Assembly (NCBI GenBank): GCA_964406135.1
Contig: CAYOQO010000001.1
Location: forward strand, 34,439-98,438
Length of the DNA stretch: 64,000 nucleotides
Origin: an uncultured Pseudomonadota bacterium
GTDB taxonomy: Bacteria; Babelota; Babeliae; Babelales; Chromulinivoraceae
Direction: 5' to 3'
Both the position numbers and the translations under genes were made by a program. The notes under the pieces are model-generated. The model saw nothing but the letters and a program-made list of their open reading frames with translations. It made no database searches and had not been told where the DNA came from. Below, in pieces: positions 26,059-37,015 of this stretch. The first letter of the stretch is position 1, and the number at the start of each line of letters is the position of its first letter.

Positions 26059-26646
26059 TTATTTTTGCTCTTCTGAATCATCAGAGTCATCATTTTGTTT
26101 TGTTGCGTAATCTTTGAATTTTGAAAAATAACCTTTTTTGTATGCTAAGTATGCACCACCAATGATTGCTGCATAAAAGATGGTACTGCTTACGATATTG
26201 ATAGTTCCAAGATTTTTAGCTTCATTTAAAGATTGTTCTGGCAAATGATCACAATCAGCTCGACCAATAGGATCCAGCCAGTTGTAATATTTCATAAAAC
26301 AAGCATGAGAAATTCGCTCTAAATAACATGGAAAAGTTGTTGTTAAAATATTGCAAGCTTGAGAAAAATTATCAAACACATTTGAGCTTACTGTTGGTCC
26401 ATGTCCTACAATGCTTGATGTTGCATGGCACACTTTGTTGAGGAAAGGTTCATTCATTTTTGCTACAGTTTCAGCTAATTTTATCTTTTCTGATTCATGG
26501 TAAGAGTATGTGGCTATAGCTGTTTCCCCTGCAATAAATGCTGCACAAGTTCTAAAAACATGAGCTGCAGTTGCAGCAGGTGCATTGAAATTACAAGAAA
26601 GAATTAACATTGCGAAAAGAATTGATTTTTTATATGCCTGTTGCAT
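26059..26646 (-). CDS. Hypothetical protein with a signal peptide, a C-terminal TM segment and an acidic tail
   Basis: MQQAYKKSILFAMLILSCNFNAPA... and ...IFYAAIIGGAYLAY then KQNDDSDDSEEQK. Confidence 0.5.
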   Translation of the reverse strand: MQQAYKKSILFAMLILSCNFNAPAATAAHVFRTCAAFIAGETAIATYSYHESEKIKLAETVAKMNEPFLNKVCHATSSIVGHGPTVSSNVFDNFSQACNILTTTFPCYLERISHACFMKYYNWLDPIGRADCDHLPEQSLNEAKNLGTINIVSSTIFYAAIIGGAYLAYKKGYFSKFKDYATKQNDDSDDSEEQK

Positions 26647-26762
26647 GTAAGACCCCTAAAAAGAAAAAACATTTTGATTGATTAAAGCTTAACATGAATT
26701 GCGTAGAATGCAATTTTTTGTTCAAAACGTTGAGTAATGTTTTAAGTTTTTGTTTAATTCTA

Positions 26763-27305
26763 TTATCGTGCAACTTCTGGTGGATGAATACGTTTGATGG
26801 TGCCGTCAGGATTGAATAGATAGATGAGTAATTTATGATCCTGAGTTGATGTAACTCTTCCAGGTTGCATGCCATGCAAAATTTTAGAAATAATTGCAGC
26901 AAGAGAATACGGTAAAGAAGCATTTACGGCAACACCTGTTATGTCTCCAGGAAGTATCGGTTCATTATTAATGGTGAATAGCATTGGGCTTGGGCATGAA
27001 AATATAGATACTTCTGAAACTTTACCAGAAGGGTTATGCTTCAAGTCAACATCATTAAACTCTATAACACACGAGAGTGAAAAATTATGTGTTGTCGTTT
27101 TGATGCCCCAAAGATATATTCGTTGTAGAGATAGTAAAGGGGCTTTGTGCATCAAATTTACAGGAATGATTGTTGTTTCGATAACTCCAGTTGTTTGATT
27201 TTTCAAAACATTTGAAATTGCTTCTAAGAATTCAGCTTTGGTTTTAAAAGATCCTTGTGCTGTTGCAGAGAAGATAAGCATGAAGCAGATAAAAAATTTT
27301 TGCAT
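26763..27305 (-). CDS. Hypothetical secreted protein
   Basis: Start taken at MQKFFICFMLIFSATAQG (signal peptide). No family recognised. Confidence 0.5.
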   Translation of the reverse strand: MQKFFICFMLIFSATAQGSFKTKAEFLEAISNVLKNQTTGVIETTIIPVNLMHKAPLLSLQRIYLWGIKTTTHNFSLSCVIEFNDVDLKHNPSGKVSEVSIFSCPSPMLFTINNEPILPGDITGVAVNASLPYSLAAIISKILHGMQPGRVTSTQDHKLLIYLFNPDGTIKRIHPPEVAR

Positions 27306-27434
27306 GTGATGTTCCTTTCTATGTTTTGTTTGCAAAGATTGTATCTAAAATTTTGTCGACTTGCATCAAAATTTATTTTCTGTGTATGTTGGATGAAGAT
27401 GCAATAAAAAATAATTTTGGAAAAAAGGGAGCGC

Positions 27435-30400
27435 ATGAAGCAAAATCGATGTATCGGCATATTCTTTGTCGGATTTTTATTTTTAAGTTTATCGTGGTCG
27501 TATGATGCACAAGCAATGGAAGTTATTGAGGATGCGAGCGGAGATGCTTTTTCAGTAACAAAAAATATTGATGAAGAAACAGGTGAAATTACCTATAATG
27601 CTGTTGATGCTGAAGGTAATGTCATGGAAAAATTAACTGAAGATGAATTAGCTTCATTAAGATCGAGTGAAGTAGCAGACCTTAAAGAATTTGCAACAAA
27701 ATTTGGAAAAACTGACAAACTTTTATCAGAAGAAGATGCAAAAGCATTTTTAAATGAAAACAAAGAAATGAATCAGGCTATTACCAAATTAAAAAATGCA
27801 AAATTATCAGGATTAGCAGAATCTGATTTAGGGAAGAAAATTGCAGATAATAAAACTTTAGAGGAAGCATATCAGGCCAAAGGAGCTGCAAAAAGAACAG
27901 AAACTGCGATTAATAAAATGATTGATAAAGCTTCAAGCAATGCTGCTCAACTTTCCAGAGATTTTAAAGGTGATCCAAATTTAGAAAAATTGAGTAAAAA
28001 ATACTTACGAAAATTTAATGATATTTCTGCAAAATCTTTGAGCAAGATAAAAAATTTAGTGCCTGATGCGAGCCTTAATTTTAAATCTGAAATGGAAGCT
28101 GCTGTAAAGTCTGGGAATCGTAAAGCTGTTGAAACATTGTGTGTCAAAATTTCAAAGCTTGATGCGATGAGCGGCTTGGCTGATCAAGTAAGTAGTTTAG
28201 AAAAAGATGCTGCAAGTGGAATTGCAGGTTTTGAAGGAGGACTTAAAGATTCTTTGGATAGTTCTTTAACCAATTTGAATACAAGCTTTGAAAGTATTGA
28301 AAAAGATCCAGAAAGTTTATTAAAAGAAGTTGATTCTGGAATAAAAGATGCTCAAGGCAATATGCAAAAAGAATCAATGGTTCAAAAATTGAGCCAAGAT
28401 TTGAAAACATCGGTACGTGATGCTGCGCATGAAGATATTTTAAAAATTACTGATGAAATTGATGCAAAAACTGAAGCAGTGGGTGAAAAACTGGGAACAG
28501 CCAACAAAGCGCTTTCAAAAGTGAAAGGTGTTTTTAGTGGGCATGCTTTAAGTGATGCTTACGATAGTTTCAAAAGTACATCAATCACTCGTGATGATAT
28601 TACAGATGGTTTTTGTTCTGCTGGTAGAAAATTAAAATCGCTTGGAGGAAAAGCTGTTGACTTGTTAGAAGAGGGTGCAAAAATGCTGATATCTGGTGTC
28701 ATGTTTATGATACCAAATATTTTTCAATCAGCATTTTTAGCGCAAAAACAACGACAATCGGAACTTCAAACTTTAGCAAATCCAATTAAATTTGGTAATT
28801 GGGTGTTTCAAATTCCAGATTCTTGTTTTAATTTTTCAAATCCTTCAGCAACACTTCCTATTTATGTTCGTATTCCTGTAGCAAATGTTACTGACACGGT
28901 ATCATCACAAATGGCAGAATATTTTAATAATGATGTTTCTGGACCAACAACTGCAAATTCAATATCTGCAGCGATTCATTCAGTTGGTGCAACCATAGCA
29001 TCATTTGCTGGTAATATGACAGCTCGACCAGAACGATATATTATGAATGAATCTGGATATTTGGCTCAAAATCCAGGAATTGTGTTAGCTTATTTTGCCA
29101 ATAATTATCCTCAATGGGGCTCTGTACCTTTAACAAGTAGTCAATTTAGTTCAGGGCAAGTGATTGATTTAAGCGGTGTGATTATTGATGGATCAGGTAA
29201 TCAAATCAATGCAACAGGATTAAATGGTTACGCTGCATATCCATTGGTAACTCCATCTGATTGGCATGCTCAAAATGCTCCGCAATTGACACCTGATAAT
29301 ATGAAAGATTTTTGTGCAACTATGAATAGTCGTATGGCATTATCAGGTGATAATGTTAAATATATTGAATATTCAACTGTTGAATCTGGAGATGCAGGAG
29401 CAACAGGATCAAGCGGATTGCAAGCAGCATTTGATTGCTCATGTTTGAACCCTGGAAGTTCGCAAATCTGTGAAACTGGAAGTTGTGCAATCAACTCAAT
29501 GGTACAAGCTTATGCATCTGGTTGTTCATGTGAATCAAGTTTACTTGGATCAGTTATACCATTAAAAGGTTGGGGAACAACTCAAGGTTCAACTTTGATT
29601 AATCAAATTAAATTTCCTGGTTATTCTGCAGCTTCTCAAGCAACCTCTTTTAAGGTTGGAAAATCTGGAGTAGAGTCTGCAGAGTACGCAAATTCAAAAA
29701 CAAATCATGCATTGTTGGGTTGTTGGGTTTATTTATCAGCAAATACACCATTTGCCAAAGCTGTTGCGGGAAATAGCAAAGCTCAACTTTCTGTTTATGA
29801 TTCGTATGTTGATTATATTATTTTCTTAAATGAACAAAATGAACAAGTGCCACTCATGGTACCAGTACAAGTGAAATATGTTGTATCAGATGTTACAAAA
29901 GCATCATCAACATCAGTACCTGAAGGCTATGGAACTTATACAACATTAGCCCAAAATCCTGACATAAAATATTGGACAAGTCTTACATCATTTGATCAAA
30001 GCACGAATGAACCACTTGCAGGATTTGAAGATTCACAAACAGGGTATGCAAAAAAATATTCAATCGATGATATGGATGCATCAAAATATATTGCTGATCA
30101 AACTCTTGCAGGTCAAAAAGGTATTCTTGCAAGTGCAATTGCTGACTTACAACAATCATTTCCAAATTTGGCGGCACAATTTGCAACACATCAAGCAGCA
30201 ATGCAGTATAAACTTGAAAATGGACCATTTTCATTTGGTAATGTGGATTTGACATTAAGTGATTACAATATCACAGTTCCTGGATCTTCAGCAGGAGCTG
30301 CGCCACAAGCAATTGTACCATTGTATGAAGGATCAAGTTGCTTTGGTTCATTTGAAGATGATTTGTTGGTAGCGCTTGATGCGAATAATAATTATGTAAC

Positions 30401-33400
30401 ATTACCAGATTCATCAGTTGCAATGTTTTACAGTTTGATCACTGATGTTGGATATAAGGTTGTTGGTAACAGTTTAGTGCCTTTTGATTTTTCACAGGCA
30501 GTATTGTTGGAACAAATTCCGACAACTCCTGTAACATACAGTTTGCATAAAACTTTAAACACGATTGGTGTATATAATGTGTTAGATGATTTATTAGAAT
30601 CAAGCCTTGAAGGTACCTATCCGTTACCATCAGGAACAACATCGTATATTTCTCAGGCTTTAGATTCTTACGTGACTGCACAACGTAAAGCTTGGATTGC
30701 AAATTTTGATTCATCAGGACAAAAGCAAGGCATTAAGATTGCAACATTAACCTGTCGTTTCCCTACAGAATTTAAAACAAAAACTGCAATTTCTCAGGAT
30801 GCGTTTGTGTATGAAATTATGCCAAATATTTCTGAATCTTATTGTGATCATGATTTATTTGTTTTAACAACATCTGCGCATCCATCACTTCAAAATGTAA
30901 CATCGCCGATCAATGCAGAAAATGCAGAAATTGCATCAACGTATGCTATCAGTTTAATCACAGGATTTGTGTTTGATATGTATGGTAAGCAAGTGATGAT
31001 GAATAATGATACAATTCCTCTACGAGTGAGCGTCGCTGCTGGATCAGCAACAACAATGTCAGGTTCTATGAACAAGGTACAATCGATTACAGGTCAAATT
31101 TTTGCAGCAATCAATTCAAAATTTGATCTTGCAACGATTGCAAATCAGAATTTTGTAACAAAATATCATGATTGGGCACAAAATTATGAAGAACAAATGC
31201 ATCGACCAATGGGGCCGTATACCTTTGGATCGTTAAATATTGGTATTTATGCAGGTGATGATGCACAAGGAAATTATGTATATTTCCCTGCTCAAAATAT
31301 GCAAAATGAAGATTTTGCACCATCAGATGTGTTTGTTGCATGTACTGGAACATTTCCAAATTTAAAGATGCCAGTTCAATTTGATGATACAACAACATAT
31401 GTCTTAAGTTTAATTTCAGGAAATTTATATGATTCCAATAATAACATTGTTTCAAGGCTTCCTTCAGAAGCAGTACTTCAGCAAACTGAAACCTTAGTTG
31501 AAGGATGGAGTACTTGGTTGCAAAATACGGTGAATGATTTGCAAGAAGCAATGACACAACGATTAGCTTCAGAGCAAAGCGAGCAACAAGCATTAAATGC
31601 TATTCTTGATTCTATTAAGGCTCCGCAATATTTATTGCCATCGCAAGTTCAACAAATTATTAAAGAATTAACTCCGTCAGGAGTTCAAGGGTTACCTGCA
31701 CCGTATGGGCTTTTAAAATATAATTCAAATCCTATTCGTCAGATGTATGTACATGTTTCTCCATTGAGCGATCAAGAATCTAATGGGTTGTTGTATTTCT
31801 TTTTTGATATTGGTACTGATCAAGCAACAGGTAAGCGTGTTGGTGGAGTTTATACAAAAAGTGGCCAATTTGTTCGTTTGGTCAAAGGCATGGAACTTGA
31901 AGTGATGGAGAAACAGTTTGGTGTGGTGGTGCATGTTGATGGTTCACAAACATTAGGCATTCCTTTAACGCAACCGTTTTTTGCTATGAAAAATCCATCA
32001 GTATCATTAACCTTGGGTAAAAATAGTGCAGATGGTGATTTAATTTCAAGTTCTTCTGATCAGTTCCCAGGTGGTCCAATTTCGATGGCGCAAGGATTTT
32101 ATTTGTACTACAGCATGAGTATGAAAGCTTATTATATATATGATGTGGGACAATCACGTTGGATATCATCAATTGGTGGTCATCTGTACAACAAAAATGG
32201 GTCGTCAATTAAATTTGCGCAAAAAGTTGCAATGTTGCAATCAACAAAATCAAAACAAAAATCAAAATCGGTTGCTACAACAGATGATATGATATTGCTG
32301 TATCAAAATACTCATGATGCAGATCAAGGTTATATGAGTGATGGGCAGAATTATGTTAATTTAGATGCGTCAAGCGAATCTATGACTTGGACAAGTCTGA
32401 CATCTGGTAATGAATTGACGGTTGAGAAAAATTCAGCAGGCACGAGCTACACGGTGGTTGATGATAGTGGTTTATCAAAGGTATATAAAATTTCATCAGA
32501 TATGATATGGCATTCATTGTTTGCAGTACCAATTGATGAACAAGGGTCAATAGTAAGTTCAGGTATACCATCTTCATATCGTCATACACAATTAGTGATG
32601 TCTTCTGGTAAAATTTCACATTTACTATTCCATGAAGTGTTGTATAAAGTATCTTCGAAAAAATCGAATGAATATGCAATGATTCCGGTAAATTCAACCA
32701 TGAATAATCAAATTACTTTGAATGTACAGCAAGATGAAGGTACGAAAGCTGATTATGTTTCAATCTTTGATGGAGTTAATACGTATCAATACATGTATAT
32801 CATGGATAGTTTAGATGAAAGTGCTCAAGATTTTTATCGTGCAAAATTTGCAGGAACAACATCTGTTGCAACTGTTGGATTCCCTGTAGGTCCTGTAACG
32901 TCAAAAACAATTACGATTGGATCACAAAATGTAACAGTTTCTGCGCCAATAGAAAGCAGCCATGTTTTATTTGTTAAAGATATAGCAAATATTACATCGC
33001 TGACGACTGTGCCAATGTCTGCAATTCAAGAACTTCCAACAGGTTCAGAGCTTGAAATATTGACTGCAAAATTTACGGGCAATGTTGTAACATCAAAAGA
33101 TGGACGATTTTTTGTGGCAATTGCTGCGTATGATGCAAATAATTCTCAAACATTTTCATATGTTTCAGATGGTGCTTATGTTGATCTGTATACTGGCGTA
33201 TTATTTGATACAACGAATGGTATATCTCTTGGTTATTGTTTAAATCTAGATGATTGGTTGTCGGTACTCAACAATGTTGGTGTCAATGTCATTCAATCTT
33301 CAAATAATGTAGAAGCAAAATCAAAATCTGCAGTAAAAACATTGGCTTTACGTTATCGAAGTTCAAGTGCTGTCAATATTCAAATGGCAGAATTGGTAAC

Positions 33401-33461
33401 CGATGAGCAAGCTCAACAAAATTTGAAAGAATTTACAGCATCAGTGTCGTCATTGAAATGA
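27435..33461 (+). CDS. Giant orphan envelope/secreted protein (2008 aa)
   Basis: AAGGGAG SD, signal peptide CIGIFFVGFLFLSLSWSYDAQA, about 400 aa of K/E/S/A-rich helical region, one hydrophobic segment (MLISGVMFMIPNIFQSAFLA), then about 1550 aa of non-repetitive sequence including a Cys cluster (FDCSCLNPGSSQICETGSC...GCSCES). Confidence 0.8.
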   Translation: MKQNRCIGIFFVGFLFLSLSWSYDAQAMEVIEDASGDAFSVTKNIDEETGEITYNAVDAEGNVMEKLTEDELASLRSSEVADLKEFATKFGKTDKLLSEEDAKAFLNENKEMNQAITKLKNAKLSGLAESDLGKKIADNKTLEEAYQAKGAAKRTETAINKMIDKASSNAAQLSRDFKGDPNLEKLSKKYLRKFNDISAKSLSKIKNLVPDASLNFKSEMEAAVKSGNRKAVETLCVKISKLDAMSGLADQVSSLEKDAASGIAGFEGGLKDSLDSSLTNLNTSFESIEKDPESLLKEVDSGIKDAQGNMQKESMVQKLSQDLKTSVRDAAHEDILKITDEIDAKTEAVGEKLGTANKALSKVKGVFSGHALSDAYDSFKSTSITRDDITDGFCSAGRKLKSLGGKAVDLLEEGAKMLISGVMFMIPNIFQSAFLAQKQRQSELQTLANPIKFGNWVFQIPDSCFNFSNPSATLPIYVRIPVANVTDTVSSQMAEYFNNDVSGPTTANSISAAIHSVGATIASFAGNMTARPERYIMNESGYLAQNPGIVLAYFANNYPQWGSVPLTSSQFSSGQVIDLSGVIIDGSGNQINATGLNGYAAYPLVTPSDWHAQNAPQLTPDNMKDFCATMNSRMALSGDNVKYIEYSTVESGDAGATGSSGLQAAFDCSCLNPGSSQICETGSCAINSMVQAYASGCSCESSLLGSVIPLKGWGTTQGSTLINQIKFPGYSAASQATSFKVGKSGVESAEYANSKTNHALLGCWVYLSANTPFAKAVAGNSKAQLSVYDSYVDYIIFLNEQNEQVPLMVPVQVKYVVSDVTKASSTSVPEGYGTYTTLAQNPDIKYWTSLTSFDQSTNEPLAGFEDSQTGYAKKYSIDDMDASKYIADQTLAGQKGILASAIADLQQSFPNLAAQFATHQAAMQYKLENGPFSFGNVDLTLSDYNITVPGSSAGAAPQAIVPLYEGSSCFGSFEDDLLVALDANNNYVTLPDSSVAMFYSLITDVGYKVVGNSLVPFDFSQAVLLEQIPTTPVTYSLHKTLNTIGVYNVLDDLLESSLEGTYPLPSGTTSYISQALDSYVTAQRKAWIANFDSSGQKQGIKIATLTCRFPTEFKTKTAISQDAFVYEIMPNISESYCDHDLFVLTTSAHPSLQNVTSPINAENAEIASTYAISLITGFVFDMYGKQVMMNNDTIPLRVSVAAGSATTMSGSMNKVQSITGQIFAAINSKFDLATIANQNFVTKYHDWAQNYEEQMHRPMGPYTFGSLNIGIYAGDDAQGNYVYFPAQNMQNEDFAPSDVFVACTGTFPNLKMPVQFDDTTTYVLSLISGNLYDSNNNIVSRLPSEAVLQQTETLVEGWSTWLQNTVNDLQEAMTQRLASEQSEQQALNAILDSIKAPQYLLPSQVQQIIKELTPSGVQGLPAPYGLLKYNSNPIRQMYVHVSPLSDQESNGLLYFFFDIGTDQATGKRVGGVYTKSGQFVRLVKGMELEVMEKQFGVVVHVDGSQTLGIPLTQPFFAMKNPSVSLTLGKNSADGDLISSSSDQFPGGPISMAQGFYLYYSMSMKAYYIYDVGQSRWISSIGGHLYNKNGSSIKFAQKVAMLQSTKSKQKSKSVATTDDMILLYQNTHDADQGYMSDGQNYVNLDASSESMTWTSLTSGNELTVEKNSAGTSYTVVDDSGLSKVYKISSDMIWHSLFAVPIDEQGSIVSSGIPSSYRHTQLVMSSGKISHLLFHEVLYKVSSKKSNEYAMIPVNSTMNNQITLNVQQDEGTKADYVSIFDGVNTYQYMYIMDSLDESAQDFYRAKFAGTTSVATVGFPVGPVTSKTITIGSQNVTVSAPIESSHVLFVKDIANITSLTTVPMSAIQELPTGSELEILTAKFTGNVVTSKDGRFFVAIAAYDANNSQTFSYVSDGAYVDLYTGVLFDTTNGISLGYCLNLDDWLSVLNNVGVNVIQSSNNVEAKSKSAVKTLALRYRSSSAVNIQMAELVTDEQAQQNLKEFTASVSSLK

Positions 33462-33532
33462 TAAGGATAATTTGAATCTCTTGATCCTCAATTAAGTTTG
33501 GGATGACAAGAATATTTTTTATCGATATTTTT

Positions 33533-33577
33533 AAAAAAAGACTGCAGGAAGTTATGTGACTCCTGCAGTCTTTTTTG
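33533..33577 (+). terminator. Rho-independent terminator
   Basis: AAAAAAAGACTGCAGGA-N11-TCCTGCAGTCTTTTTT. Confidence 0.8.
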
Positions 33578-33620
33578 TTATGCTTGCAGACAAGTACGAA
33601 AGATTTTTTTAAGGAAAATT

Positions 33621-35147
33621 ATGAAATTACAAACTCAAATTACAACAAAATCAGCTTTTGCCGTTGACAGCAAAGCAGTTGCAATTTTGTTGCCAGAAAA
33701 ATTTAGTGCAAAAGATCTACCTGCGGATCTGCCATCATGCGGTATTGATATTGAACAGTTTTTGCAAGAATCAAAATTTACAGGGGCTCAAGGATCAATT
33801 GCTTATTTGACGGTACAAATTAAACCAAAAAAAATTATTCATTTGTTGTTTGCCGGTCTTGGATCGAAAGATGCAAATAAAAAATTTAATCTCGAGACAC
33901 TTCGTCGAGCTCTTGGCACGATAGTAAAATCAGTACAAGCAAAAGGATGTGATGAAGTTGCATTTGCATTACCAGACGGCAAAGATTATGGTGTTGAAGT
34001 TGATTATTTTATGCAACAAATTACCGTAATTTCATACATTGCATTTTATAAATATGACAAATTTATTACGACAATTGATAAAAAAGATCGTGAGAAAATT
34101 GTTCAATTATTTTTCTGTGTATCATCAGATGATAAAAAATTAGCAGAAGCAGGACTTGAAGCTGGAATTATGATTGGTGATTGTGTAAATCAAACTCGTG
34201 AATGGGTTGATACTCCACCAAGCAAGTTAACACCAAAAGTTTTGGCGGATTATGCACAAGCTGTTGCAAAAGAGCAAGGCTTAAAATGTACGGTATTTTC
34301 TGAACCTGAAATTATTAAAATGGGTATGGGTGGAATTGCAGGCGTTGCTGCAGGTTCAGAACAAGATGCTCAATTTGTAATTTTAGAATACAAGTCAAAA
34401 AAACCAAAAGCGCAAACAATTGCATTTGTGGGAAAAGGAATTACTTTTGATTCAGGTGGACTGAGTATTAAACCTGCAAATTCTATGGAAGAAATGAAAG
34501 AAGATATGGCAGGTGCAGCATCAGTGATTAATGCAATGGCAGCACTTGCAGAATTGAAACCTGATGTAAACGTGATTGGTTTTGCAGCAATTACTGAAAA
34601 TTTACTCGGTTGTGCTGCGCAAAAACCTGGTGATATTATTACCTTTTATAATGGAAAAACGGCAGAAGTGCGCAACACTGATGCTGAAGGGCGCTTGGTT
34701 TTGGCAGATGCGCTTTCGTATGCTGTAAAAAATTATAAACTTGATGCAATTATTGATGTGGCAACATTGACAGGTGCATGTATTTACGCTGTAGGGCCAT
34801 TTTTTTCAGCATTACTTTCTGATAATGATGAGTTAGCAGAAAAAGTGTATAAAGCTGGGGAACTTGCAGGTGATCGTGTTTGGCGTTTACCATTTACGCC
34901 AGATTTTAAAGAAGCGGTAAAATCACACATTGCCGATATTCAAAATGTTGGAAATCCTGCAATTGCTGCAGGTACCATTACAGCGGCATGGTTTTTGCGT
35001 CATTTTACTGATGATGTACCATGGGTGCATTTGGATATTGCAAGTTCAGCATACAATGTTCCGAATATTTCATATTTTGGAAAAGGTGCAACTGGATCTT
35101 CAGTGCGACTTTTAATTGAAGTTGCTATGCAGTGGAAAAATAAATAA
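33621..35147 (+). CDS. pepA: Leucyl aminopeptidase (M17)
   Basis: M17 signature NTDAEGRLVLADAL and metal-binding region VGKGITFDSGG... Confidence 0.92.
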   Translation: MKLQTQITTKSAFAVDSKAVAILLPEKFSAKDLPADLPSCGIDIEQFLQESKFTGAQGSIAYLTVQIKPKKIIHLLFAGLGSKDANKKFNLETLRRALGTIVKSVQAKGCDEVAFALPDGKDYGVEVDYFMQQITVISYIAFYKYDKFITTIDKKDREKIVQLFFCVSSDDKKLAEAGLEAGIMIGDCVNQTREWVDTPPSKLTPKVLADYAQAVAKEQGLKCTVFSEPEIIKMGMGGIAGVAAGSEQDAQFVILEYKSKKPKAQTIAFVGKGITFDSGGLSIKPANSMEEMKEDMAGAASVINAMAALAELKPDVNVIGFAAITENLLGCAAQKPGDIITFYNGKTAEVRNTDAEGRLVLADALSYAVKNYKLDAIIDVATLTGACIYAVGPFFSALLSDNDELAEKVYKAGELAGDRVWRLPFTPDFKEAVKSHIADIQNVGNPAIAAGTITAAWFLRHFTDDVPWVHLDIASSAYNVPNISYFGKGATGSSVRLLIEVAMQWKNK

Positions 35148-35165
35148 ATTTGATTTTTTTTGTAT

Positions 35166-35193
35166 AAGGAGCTTTAAGAAATTAAAGCTCCTT
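35166..35193. terminator. Bidirectional terminator hairpin between convergent pepA and ftsW
   Basis: AAGGAGCTTTAA-GAAA-TTAAAGCTCCTT. Confidence 0.6.
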
Positions 35194-35228
35194 AATTTGT
35201 GATCATGCACATACAATAATATGAGAAT

Positions 35229-36332
35229 TTAAATTTTTTCACGTACAGCGTTATCAATGAGCCCAATCATGAATAGATTGCAAACAAGAGCTGTGTTTCC
35301 ATAGCTGATAAAAGGAAGTCCAATACCTTTAGTTGGTGCAAGGCCAGTTGAGACAAAAAGATTGATTAAAAATTGCATAGAAATCAAAATTAAAATTCCT
35401 TGTACTAAATAAATTGCAAAAACATTATCGAGATTTTTTGTTAATTTTGTTCCAAAAATTAAAAATAAAATACAGAGTGTGATAAAAAATAATGATCCGA
35501 TAAATCCAATTTCTTCTGCCATAATTGCAAAAATAAAATCAGTATGTTGCATCGGAAGATAGAAAAATTTTTGTTGTGATTGTGCTATTCCAGTACCCCA
35601 GATGCCACCAGATCCAATTGCAATTAAAGATTGAATAATCTGAAATCCACTGCCTTGTGGATCTTGCCATGGATCAAGGTAAGTTAAAATTCTTTGCCAA
35701 CGATAGGGTTGTAAATAAATCATTAAAAATCCAACAGGTAATGCTGCACAAATGGTGCCCATAAAATATCGTAATGGCAAGTTTGCAACAAAAAGCATCA
35801 TGAGTGTTGTAGTAAATAAAGTGACAAGGCATCCAAAGTCTGGTTGTTTTAACAAAATAAAACCAATAATTGCTAAAATGATGATTAACGGCATTGCTGT
35901 TTTATGTGTTGTGTTATCAAGAATTTTTTTTCTTGATAGTAATGATGCAAGGTAAATGACTAATGCAACTTTTAAAAGTTCGCTTGGTTGAAAAATAAAT
36001 CCATGTAAATTGAGCCATCGATGCGATCCATGAACAGTTCTGCTCAAATTATTTATTAAAGGTAAAGTGGTTATTAAGGTAGCGCCAAGCAGTGTAAAAA
36101 AACTGATATTTTTGAAAAAATTTAAAGGAATGGTTCGTCCAAGTATGAATGCTATGATACCAAATAAAATTCCAACAAGTTGTTTTTTTACAAAATAAAG
36201 TGGTTGTCCTAAAGTTTCTAGGGCATAGTAGCTGCTTGAAGAATATACAAAAATGACCCCAAGAATAACAAATGTAAAATTGATAAGAAGAAAAATTGAA
36301 AGATTGTATTTTATTTTTTGCTCTAAAAACAT
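35229..36332 (-). CDS. ftsW: SEDS-family peptidoglycan polymerase (FtsW/RodA); FtsW by context
   Basis: About 10 TM segments; FQPSELLK and GLPFISYGNTAL motifs. Lies in the same transcription direction as murD. Confidence 0.85.
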   Translation of the reverse strand: MFLEQKIKYNLSIFLLINFTFVILGVIFVYSSSSYYALETLGQPLYFVKKQLVGILFGIIAFILGRTIPLNFFKNISFFTLLGATLITTLPLINNLSRTVHGSHRWLNLHGFIFQPSELLKVALVIYLASLLSRKKILDNTTHKTAMPLIIILAIIGFILLKQPDFGCLVTLFTTTLMMLFVANLPLRYFMGTICAALPVGFLMIYLQPYRWQRILTYLDPWQDPQGSGFQIIQSLIAIGSGGIWGTGIAQSQQKFFYLPMQHTDFIFAIMAEEIGFIGSLFFITLCILFLIFGTKLTKNLDNVFAIYLVQGILILISMQFLINLFVSTGLAPTKGIGLPFISYGNTALVCNLFMIGLIDNAVREKI

Positions 36333-36386
36333 TACACGGGTCCTAAATTTTAAAATTTATACACTGGTAACGTTATCATAGACTGA

Positions 36387-36959
36387 TCAATGTTGAAAGC
36401 ATAAATTAATAAATCTGATATCGTTTTTTGATCGAGCACTGTCTATGATATTTTCATTATTTGCATCTTTGATTGCAAGATTAATCAGAGGACTTTTTAG
36501 CAATTCTTCAAAAGCATTGAGCTGATTATTCATAATCGCTACATGTGCAGGAGTAAATCGCCACATGTTCATAGTATCTTGAATGTTTGGATTTGCGCCA
36601 AATTCAAGCAATAATTGAATGAGTTTAACATTGCCATGACGCGCAGCAATGTGTAGCGCTGTTTCTCCAATGCTATTTTGCTGATCAATATCACTATTTG
36701 AGTTTTCAAGTAATTTTTCAACTGCGAAATAATCATTTTTTGCTACAGCTAAATGCAATGCCGGTTCATTGCACTCAATAGATTTTTTCAAAAGAGGTTT
36801 TGCTGTTATTGGTGCATGGATTGTTGTTGATTGAGGGGTTGATTGCCAGTTTAATTTCATGAATTGTTTTTTTATATATTCAAATGCCGATGCTGAAAGA
36901 TTTGAATTAATGTTCAAGCAGATAAAAAAAGATAAAATATATAATTTTGTTTTTTGCAT
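36387..36959 (-). CDS. Secreted ankyrin-repeat protein
   Basis: Signal peptide, then canonical ANK repeats (EPALHLAVAKNDYFAVEKLL..., GETALHIAARHGNVKLIQLLLEFGANPNIQD, FTPAHVAIMNNQLNAFEELL). Confidence 0.85.
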   Translation of the reverse strand: MQKTKLYILSFFICLNINSNLSASAFEYIKKQFMKLNWQSTPQSTTIHAPITAKPLLKKSIECNEPALHLAVAKNDYFAVEKLLENSNSDIDQQNSIGETALHIAARHGNVKLIQLLLEFGANPNIQDTMNMWRFTPAHVAIMNNQLNAFEELLKSPLINLAIKDANNENIIDSARSKNDIRFINLCFQH

Positions 36960-37015
36960 AATTTCCCCTCATTAAATTTAAAGTATGACTATTGGGAAAA
37001 TATATAAAATTTATA

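Noticed and set aside
26630-27198. ORFs 26630-26923 (-) and 26869-27198 (+) overlapping the 26763-27305 gene
   Set aside because: They overlap a gene with a proper signal peptide, lack SD sequences, and have compositions typical of out-of-frame or antisense reading.
31111-31593. 160-aa minus-strand ORF, and other antisense ORFs, inside the giant gene
   Set aside because: They are embedded antisense in a 6-kb uninterrupted ORF and have no translation signals.
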